Shown here piece by piece: positions 57,529-64,000 of a stretch of 64,000 nt of DNA. Under the pieces are notes generated by a model. That model ran no database searches, had not been told where the DNA came from, and saw nothing but the letters and a program-made list of their open reading frames with translations. The stretch comes from Oscillospiraceae bacterium (GTDB taxonomy: Bacteria; Bacillota; Clostridia; Oscillospirales; Ruminococcaceae). Location: NCBI GenBank assembly GCA_017547525.1, contig JAFYPL010000003.1, forward strand, positions 1,426-65,425. The letters are read 5' to 3'. A program made the position numbers and the translations under genes. Numbering within the stretch: the first letter of the stretch is position 1; every line of letters starts with the position of its first letter.

Positions 57529-58125
57529 TTATTTAACGATTGTGATTTTACCGTCGATGTAAGCACCGTGGTGAATTGTAATGTATTTTGCTGTGATGTT
57601 GCCTTCCACGTGGGACAGTTCATCGAAGCTTGCATCGCCTTCGATTACCATGTCACCGATAATTTTACCGGAACATACGATGCTGTTAGCAGCTACATTA
57701 CCTTTGATCTGTGAACCTACAGCCAGGTTTACGTTGCCTGTTACAGCTACATTACCAGTAAGCACGTTGGAAATAACATCCAGGTTCTGAGCTTTGATGT
57801 TGCCTGTAACATCTGAACGGAGAATGATGTTACCTTCAGAGTTTACATCACCTTTGAAAGAACCAGCGATTTCAACGTCGCCTTTACTGCTCAGGTTGCC
57901 TTCAAATACTGTGCCTTCAGCCAGTACAGTTTTTGCGTATGCAACAACTGGTTTTGTAGTTTCTTTTTTCACTTCAGTTTTTACTTCCTTTTCTTTTTTA
58001 ACTTCTGTTTTTGCTTCTGGTTTAGCTTTTACTTCAGTTTCAACTTTATTTTTTTTATCTGTTGGTTCTTTGCCTACACCAAACATTTCAAACATTGCCT
58101 GGTTAAAGTTTTCTTTTGCACTCAT
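57529..58125 (-). CDS. Bactofilin-family cytoskeletal protein
   Basis: Repetitive beta-helix pattern (G-x-V/I-x-G-N/D). The N-terminus has a Lys/Glu-rich linker after a short amphipathic segment. Confidence 0.8.
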   Translation of the reverse strand: MSAKENFNQAMFEMFGVGKEPTDKKNKVETEVKAKPEAKTEVKKEKEVKTEVKKETTKPVVAYAKTVLAEGTVFEGNLSSKGDVEIAGSFKGDVNSEGNIILRSDVTGNIKAQNLDVISNVLTGNVAVTGNVNLAVGSQIKGNVAANSIVCSGKIIGDMVIEGDASFDELSHVEGNITAKYITIHHGAYIDGKITIVK

Positions 58126-58151
58126 AATGTTTTCTCTCCTTGGATTATTAA

Positions 58152-59027
58152 TTAATTGTAAGCGAACAACACAGGCTTGGTCTGCGGTGTCAATTTATCA
58201 AAAGAGTATCCATTCTCTTTTAGAGTAGTGATTATAGCGGGCAGTGCCCGTGCGGTTGTTGTTCTGTAGTATGAATCATGCATAAGTACAACAGCGCGGC
58301 TGGTTTTCAGCGTGCCTGATACAACGTTGTTTACGATTGCAGCAGTAGGAAGGATTGTGCTGCTGGCATCACCGGATGCCACGTTCCAGTCAAACGGTAT
58401 AAAACCGCGTCTTAACATTTCACTGATAAGTTCTTTATATATATTCAGGTTATAACTGTTTACACTGCCACCGGCGAAACGGAAATGTGTAGGTGTCACA
58501 CCGGTAGTTTCTTTTATCAGTGTAAATATCTTATACATATCGTCCAGATAATCTTCAACCGAATTATAAATGTATTTGTACTGGTGGCTGTATGTGTGCA
58601 TTGCGATGGTGTGTCCCTGGGCTACGATGTCTCTCATAGCCTGCTTTGAAAACTCATCTGTTGCACCTACAACAAAGAATGTAGCTTTTATATCTTCAGC
58701 TGCCAGTGTTTCCAGTATTTCGTAGGTCCTCTGTGAAGGGCCGTCGTCAAATGTAAAGTAAACAGTTTTTTCCAGTATTTCAGTCGCGTTTACTTCCTGC
58801 GGAGCATAAAAATCAGGATATTTGGACTGATATTCGGGTCTTTCGGCCTCAATTCTATTGTTTTCTTCTATAACCCGTAGTTGGGTTTCTTTCAAAGTGT
58901 CATACTCTACCAGCAAAGCTTCGTATTTATTTCTATACTTTATGCTGGTACAGGTGGGAATCAGTATCGCCACGATCACAGCAAGCAAGATCATGTTCTT
59001 GAAAAACCTGACGCTACCGAAATACAT
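58152..59027 (-). CDS. Polysaccharide deacetylase (NodB homology) with an N-terminal membrane anchor
   Basis: FTFDDGP, HTYSH and LMHD motifs. Confidence 0.85.
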   Translation of the reverse strand: MYFGSVRFFKNMILLAVIVAILIPTCTSIKYRNKYEALLVEYDTLKETQLRVIEENNRIEAERPEYQSKYPDFYAPQEVNATEILEKTVYFTFDDGPSQRTYEILETLAAEDIKATFFVVGATDEFSKQAMRDIVAQGHTIAMHTYSHQYKYIYNSVEDYLDDMYKIFTLIKETTGVTPTHFRFAGGSVNSYNLNIYKELISEMLRRGFIPFDWNVASGDASSTILPTAAIVNNVVSGTLKTSRAVVLMHDSYYRTTTARALPAIITTLKENGYSFDKLTPQTKPVLFAYN

Positions 59028-59499
59028 TGTATATGCTCCTAAAATAATAAAATAAAGATATAATACACACAGTTAGCCTATGCATATTTATAATAATATT
59101 ACTACAAAGTGTATTGTTTGTCAAATTCATGTGCTGTAGCAGACATGATATACACAACCTTGATACGTAGTATATGAATTGGCTTGTGTTAAGATAATAA
59201 AACAGTCGTATTCACTGATATATAATATAGTATATGCAGTAAGATATATCTATTATATCAAAATACATGTTAAATGTATAGATATGCACATAGAATTGCT
59301 TTAAATATACAACGAAATATGAAAAATTAAAATGACTGCACTTAGCTAAAGATATTAAAATATATGAATATATTGCATAAAAACAACAAAAATGCATATT
59401 ATGTTGCGAAAATATAAGCAAAATGCATACTAAAACATATAAAAAGAGTATATTGATAGTCAAATTGCACAAAAAAGTAAAAAATATTATAAAAATACA

Positions 59500-59528
59500 T
59501 TGACAATGCATAAAAATGAGAGTACAAT
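59500..59528 (+). promoter_or_regulatory. Consensus promoter of binding-protein gene a
   Basis: TTGACA-17 nt-TACAAT. Confidence 0.7.
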
Positions 59529-59580
59529 ACAGCCATAGAAAGAAACACACACATAAGAGTGTTGTAGAGAGAGGTTTATT

Positions 59581-60435
59581 ATGAAAAAATTATTTGCACT
59601 TATTCTTGCTATGGTAATGTCAGTTTCGCTGGTTGCATGTGGCGGCGGCGAAGAAGAAACACCAAAATCCACAATTGATAAAATTCTGGAACAGGGTTAT
59701 ATCACAGTAGCTATTTCACCAGACTTTGCACCAAGTGAATTTAAAGACCCAGCTACAGGCGAAGTTATGGGTACAGACGTTGAATTTGCTAAATACGTTG
59801 CACAGTATATCGGCGAAAAATACGGTAAAACAGTTGAACTGAAAATCGAAGAAATGGATTTCAAATCATGCCAGGCTGCAGTTGCTACAAACTCCGTACA
59901 TTTCTCACTTAACGGCTATGCTGCTACAGAAGAAAGAAAACAGAACTACATCTGTGCTGGTCCATACGCTATCCTGAAAGCTGATTCTGAATCTTACCAC
60001 GGCGCACTGGTTAAAAAAGGCCTTGAACTTAAAACAGCTGAAGACTTCAAAGGTCTGAAAATTGCTTGTCAGCAGGCTTCCCTGCAGTACAACCTGGCAA
60101 CAGCACAGCTGCCAACAGACGAAATGCCAGAAATCGAATTTATCACAACACTTCCAATGGGCGCTATGATGCTTCAGTCCGGCAAAGTTGATGCAGTTAT
60201 TATGACAAACGGTTCCGCAGCTCCATTTGTTGCACAGAATGACGAACTGGAAATGGCAGAATTCCACTTTGAATATGAATCAGAAGGTACACACGCACTG
60301 GTTAACATCACAGAAACAGAACTGGGCGCACTTATCAATGAAGCACTGCGGTCCGCAAACGAAACTCTGGACTACGATGCACTCCATCAGGAAATGACAG
60401 AAAAAGCACTGGCAATGGGTGTTGAAGTTAACTGA
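59581..60435 (+). CDS. Amino-acid ABC transporter substrate-binding lipoprotein (SBP_bac_3-like), paralog a
   Basis: Lipobox LVAC-G. It lies upstream of a polar amino-acid permease and ATPase. Confidence 0.85.
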   Translation: MKKLFALILAMVMSVSLVACGGGEEETPKSTIDKILEQGYITVAISPDFAPSEFKDPATGEVMGTDVEFAKYVAQYIGEKYGKTVELKIEEMDFKSCQAAVATNSVHFSLNGYAATEERKQNYICAGPYAILKADSESYHGALVKKGLELKTAEDFKGLKIACQQASLQYNLATAQLPTDEMPEIEFITTLPMGAMMLQSGKVDAVIMTNGSAAPFVAQNDELEMAEFHFEYESEGTHALVNITETELGALINEALRSANETLDYDALHQEMTEKALAMGVEVN

Positions 60436-60670
60436 TAACATTGATAAATAAATGTTAATTGTATGAATATAAATTACACAATATGCATTTAAAGTGAATA
60501 TTTTAAATAAAACGGTAAATATTTGGTATAATATTTACCGTTTTTATTTGTCATTTGCATACTGAAAGTAAAATTAAATGGCAAAATACACATAAATTGA
60601 CCACAAATAACCAACATTGTTAAAAATATTTGTAAGTATATACAAATATAAACGGATTGATAAATATACA

Positions 60671-60699
60671 TTGACAACGAATAAAAATAAGTGTACAAT
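60671..60699 (+). promoter_or_regulatory. Consensus promoter of binding-protein gene b
   Basis: TTGACA-17 nt-TACAAT, colinear with the promoter at 59500. Confidence 0.7.
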
Positions 60700-60771
60700 A
60701 CACTCATGTTGAAAAATCCCTATATTAGGGGATAAATAAATAAAATACTCTGAACAGGAGAGAAAATAATT

Positions 60772-61629
60772 ATGAAAAAACTTATCGCACTTATTCTCGC
60801 TATGGTAATGTCAATCTCTATGGTTGCTTGCGGCGGCGGTGAAGAAGAAACACCAAAATCCACAATCGACAAAATTCTGGATAAAGGTTACATCACAGTA
60901 GCTATTTCACCAGACTTTGCACCATCTGAATTCAAAGATCCTATCTCTGGCGAAGTTCTTGGTACAGACGTTGAATATGCAAAATATGTTGCACAGTACA
61001 TCAGCGAAAAATACGGCAAAACAGTTGAACTGAAAATCGAAGAAATGGATTTCAAATCATGCCAGGCTGCAGTTGCAACAGGCACAGTTGATTTCTCCGT
61101 AAACGGTTACGCAGCAACAGCTGAAAGACAGGAAAACTACATCTGCGCAGGTCCATACGCTGTTGTTTCCGCAGAAAACGACACATACCACGGCGCACTG
61201 GTTAAAAAAGGTCTGAAAATTGAAACAGCTGAAGATTTCAAAGGTCTGAAAATCGGTGCACAGCAGGCTTCCCTGCAGTACAACCTGGCTATGGAACAGC
61301 TTCCAATCGACGAAATGCCAGAAATCGAACTGATCACAACTCTGCCTCTGGGTGCTATCCAGGTAGCAACAGACAAAATTGATGCTCTTATCACAGACTC
61401 CGGCGCTGCTGAATCTATCATTCACAACAACCCAGAACTGGAAATGGCAGCATTCAAATTTGAATACTCCTCAGAAGGTAACGTTGCTCTGGTAAACCTC
61501 AACGAAACAGAACTGGGCGCGCTGATTACAGAAGCTCTGGTTGCTTCCGGTGATGTTATGGACTACGACACACTCCGTAACGAAATGGCTCAGAAAGCTA
61601 TCGAAATGGGCGTAGAAGTTCTTGGCTAA
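60772..61629 (+). CDS. Amino-acid ABC transporter substrate-binding lipoprotein, paralog b
   Basis: Lipobox MVAC-G. About 90% identity to paralog a over the first ~100 aa and lower identity afterwards. Confidence 0.85.
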   Translation: MKKLIALILAMVMSISMVACGGGEEETPKSTIDKILDKGYITVAISPDFAPSEFKDPISGEVLGTDVEYAKYVAQYISEKYGKTVELKIEEMDFKSCQAAVATGTVDFSVNGYAATAERQENYICAGPYAVVSAENDTYHGALVKKGLKIETAEDFKGLKIGAQQASLQYNLAMEQLPIDEMPEIELITTLPLGAIQVATDKIDALITDSGAAESIIHNNPELEMAAFKFEYSSEGNVALVNLNETELGALITEALVASGDVMDYDTLRNEMAQKAIEMGVEVLG

Positions 61630-61699
61630 TTAAAATTAAATGTTTTATCAGCCGGTAGGCCAAACCTACCGGCTGGTTAATTGAAAAGGGGGATATATC

Positions 61700-62392
61700 T
61701 TGTCTTTAGGAAAAATATTTTCTAATGTAATCATGCTCATGACAAAATATCACCAGCCTCTGCTGAAAGGTATGCTGATGACAGTACAGTTGTCATGTGT
61801 TACAGTATTTTTCGGTCTGGTTTTCGGTACACTTGTTGCTTTCATGAAAATGAGCGAATTCAGAATCTGGAAAATTAGACCACTCAATGTTATTGCAACA
61901 ATTTATGTAGAAGTGCTTCGTGGTACTCCACTGCTTCTGCAGCTGTATTTCTTCTATTTCCTTATGCCAAAGGTTATTCCAGCACTGGGCGATAAAAAAA
62001 TCAGTATTACAGTTGCTCTTATTGTAAACTCTGCTGCTTACGTTGCAGAAATCGTACGTTCTGGTATTGCTGCTGTTGACCCAGGTCAGGCAGAAGCAGC
62101 ACGTTGTCTGGGTCTGAACAAAACACAGACAATGCAGAAAATCATCATCCCACAGGCTGTTAAAAACATCCTGCCTGCTATGGGTAACGAACTGGTAATG
62201 ATGCTGAAAGAAACATCACTGGCATCCACATTCTTCATTGGTGAAATCATGACACAGTGTAATGTTATCGGTGGTGCTACATTCCTGCAGATTGAAACTC
62301 TGATTATCTCTGGTATCCTTTATCTTGTTCTCACAACAACAGTTTCCAAACTGGTTGGCATTTACGAAAGGAGATTGGCAGTAAGTGATTAA
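61700..62392 (+). CDS. Polar amino-acid ABC transporter permease (HisM/GlnP type)
   Basis: [25 protein letters not shown]-loop motif. TTG start after GGGGGA. Confidence 0.9.
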   Translation: MSLGKIFSNVIMLMTKYHQPLLKGMLMTVQLSCVTVFFGLVFGTLVAFMKMSEFRIWKIRPLNVIATIYVEVLRGTPLLLQLYFFYFLMPKVIPALGDKKISITVALIVNSAAYVAEIVRSGIAAVDPGQAEAARCLGLNKTQTMQKIIIPQAVKNILPAMGNELVMMLKETSLASTFFIGEIMTQCNVIGGATFLQIETLIISGILYLVLTTTVSKLVGIYERRLAVSD

Positions 62393-63110
62393 GGTAGAAA
62401 ATTTACATAAATCTTTTGGTGAACTGGAAGTTCTCAAAGGTGTAAGTGAACATATTAAAAAAGGTGAAGTTGTTTCTGTTATCGGTGCTTCCGGTTCCGG
62501 TAAAAGTACATTTCTCCGCTGTCTGAATATGCTGGAAGAACCAGAATCAGGTTCTATCATTTTCGAAGGTACAGATATTACAAAAGAAAAAGTTAATATC
62601 GACCAGCACCGTCAGAAAATGGGTATGATTTTCCAGCACTTCAATGTGTTCCCACATATGACAGTTCTTGAAAATATTACAATGGCTCCTATCCTTATTA
62701 AAAAGAAAAATAAGGCAGAAGCTGAAGAACAGGCTATGAAACTGCTGGAAATGGTTGGCCTTGCTGACAAACGTGACGAATATCCACGTCGTCTGTCCGG
62801 TGGTCAGAAACAGCGTCTGGCTATTGTACGTGCTCTGGCTATGGAACCAGATGTAATGCTCTTTGACGAACCTACATCTGCTCTTGACCCTGAAATGGTT
62901 GGTGAAGTACTGCAGGTTATCAAAAACCTTGTAAAAAGCGGTATGACAGCTGTTATCGTTACACACGAAATGGGCTTTGCAAAAGAAGTTTCTGACAGAG
63001 TTCTGTTTATGGACGGTGGCGTTATTGCTGAATCCGGTACACCAGAAGAAATTTTTGGTAACCCACAGAACCCAAGAACAAAAGAATTCCTTTCAAAAGT
63101 TCTTTACTAA
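62385..63110 (+). CDS. Polar amino-acid ABC transporter ATP-binding protein (GlnQ type)
   Basis: [24 protein letters not shown] and [13 protein letters not shown] motifs. Confidence 0.92.
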   Translation: MIKVENLHKSFGELEVLKGVSEHIKKGEVVSVIGASGSGKSTFLRCLNMLEEPESGSIIFEGTDITKEKVNIDQHRQKMGMIFQHFNVFPHMTVLENITMAPILIKKKNKAEAEEQAMKLLEMVGLADKRDEYPRRLSGGQKQRLAIVRALAMEPDVMLFDEPTSALDPEMVGEVLQVIKNLVKSGMTAVIVTHEMGFAKEVSDRVLFMDGGVIAESGTPEEIFGNPQNPRTKEFLSKVLY

Positions 63111-63116
63111 AAAATT

Positions 63117-63146
63117 ATCCCCGTTGATTTTCAACGGGGATTTTTT
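63117..63146. terminator. Bidirectional terminator
   Basis: ATCCCCGTTGA-tttt-CAACGGGGAT with flanking A and T runs. Confidence 0.85.
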
Positions 63147-63162
63147 ATTTTGTTTAAAATTT

Positions 63163-63990
63163 TCAGTCGTCAAAATCGTCTTCTTCCACTGGCTTGTTTT
63201 CCTGACCAAAGAAGTCCAGTGCTTTCTGTATAGCCATATCCCAGAATCTCCATTCATGGATGAATCCAGGTACTTCTTCAAAAAGTATATCCAGTTTTTC
63301 TTTTTCTGCCCATAATTTGAATTCGGTATAACCATTATAAAGGAAATCTTTGTCACCACAGGCAAAATACATTTTTGGTAACAGTCCGGTGTTTTTCTGT
63401 TCTTTAAGGATGCCACGGATATCTTCGTATGAATTTACAAAGTTTTCCCAACCGCCAGCATTGGCATAGCTGTTAAGGTCGCGTTTACCCACTTTGGTTT
63501 TTTCAGGGTTCATGTTTTTCCAGTCCCTCGGATACATGGAAAGTACAGCCACACCGCCAAAGAGTTCAGGAAAATTTACTGCATATTTCAGCGCACCTTC
63601 ACCGCCCATGGACAGGCCGGAAATAAAGTTATCCTCGCGCTTGTCAGATGCAGGGAACCAGTTGTGCACCAGCGGCATCAGTTCTTTGATAAGAAAATCA
63701 TACATATTGTAACCCATCATACAGCCCCAGTTTGAATAGTTGGAGTTGAGGGCACTAGGCATAACCACAATCAGGTCTTTTTCGCAGGCGTACAGTTCTA
63801 TATTGCTTTTTCTTACCCAGTCGGTATAGTCGCCATATGTGCCGTGCAATAACCACAGTACTTTATATTTTTCACCATTACCATAAAAATCAGAAGGTTC
63901 TGTTTTTCGTGGTTTGTCAGGAAGTATTATATTTACATCAGTATTGCTGTTAAGATACTGACTTTCAAAATTTATATGCAGTAATGCCAT
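63163..63990 (-). CDS. Esterase-family alpha/beta hydrolase (putative esterase, tributyrin-esterase/esterase D-like)
   Basis: VLWLLHG and the GLSMGG nucleophile elbow. Confidence 0.8.
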   Translation of the reverse strand: MALLHINFESQYLNSNTDVNIILPDKPRKTEPSDFYGNGEKYKVLWLLHGTYGDYTDWVRKSNIELYACEKDLIVVMPSALNSNYSNWGCMMGYNMYDFLIKELMPLVHNWFPASDKREDNFISGLSMGGEGALKYAVNFPELFGGVAVLSMYPRDWKNMNPEKTKVGKRDLNSYANAGGWENFVNSYEDIRGILKEQKNTGLLPKMYFACGDKDFLYNGYTEFKLWAEKEKLDILFEEVPGFIHEWRFWDMAIQKALDFFGQENKPVEEDDFDD

Positions 63991-64000
63991 AGTTATCTCT

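Noticed and set aside
59370-59515. A reiterated (A/T)TGCATA motif, five copies, upstream of and inside the promoter at 59500.
   Set aside because: It may be a regulator site. However, the spacing is irregular (19, 31, 42 and 41 nt), the background is extremely AT-rich, and the duplicated promoter at 60671 lacks the motif. There is not enough support to call it.
59212-59550. A 112-aa minus-strand ORF in the 550-bp AT-rich spacer upstream of 59581.
   Set aside because: Its Ile/Tyr/Phe-rich composition is what translated AT-rich DNA looks like. It has no Shine-Dalgarno, and it overlaps the consensus promoter of the binding-protein gene.

Overview
This window looks like a chromosomal core region of a low-GC Firmicute, probably Clostridia. 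That call rests on gene content and sigma-A style promoters; the organism cannot be identified from the sequence alone. I found no mobile elements, CRISPR arrays or rRNA genes.

The backbone is housekeeping:
- rimP-nusA-ylxR-ylxQ-infB-rbfA-nrnA-truB-ribF, followed by rpsO and pnp.
- ppdK, deoD, two tRNA-Ser genes, and a gatCAB operon.

Transport loci surround this backbone:
- a CUT2/nucleoside-type ABC importer
- a MarR-controlled heterodimeric ABC exporter
- a COG2984/PF04392-type importer with three paralogous binding proteins
- a polar amino-acid importer with two paralogous binding proteins
- ThrE-like exporter halves
- an MFS transporter

Several small poorly characterised modules are also present.

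The most interesting signals are regulatory and enzymological:
1. Three T-box leaders can be read by eye, with specifiers UUC (Phe), UAC (Tyr) and AAC (Asn).
2. The Phe and Tyr leaders are duplicated promoter/leader/binding-protein modules whose specifiers differ by a single base. The second copy has lost its intrinsic terminator.
3. The Asn T-box drives a gatCAB operon whose GatA is short (389 aa) and lacks the catalytic Lys and cis-Ser of the amidase signature.

Other points worth a second look:
- a radical-SAM/TIGR03915 DNA-repair-like pair
- an S24 self-cleaving repressor with back-to-back promoters and ACAAC-N5-GTTGT operators next to a small membrane protein
- an untracked 57-aa Cys-rich ORF
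- nucleoside-phosphorylase-fold proteins that lack the canonical general-acid Asp

All family assignments come from motif recognition by eye. None has been verified by a database search.
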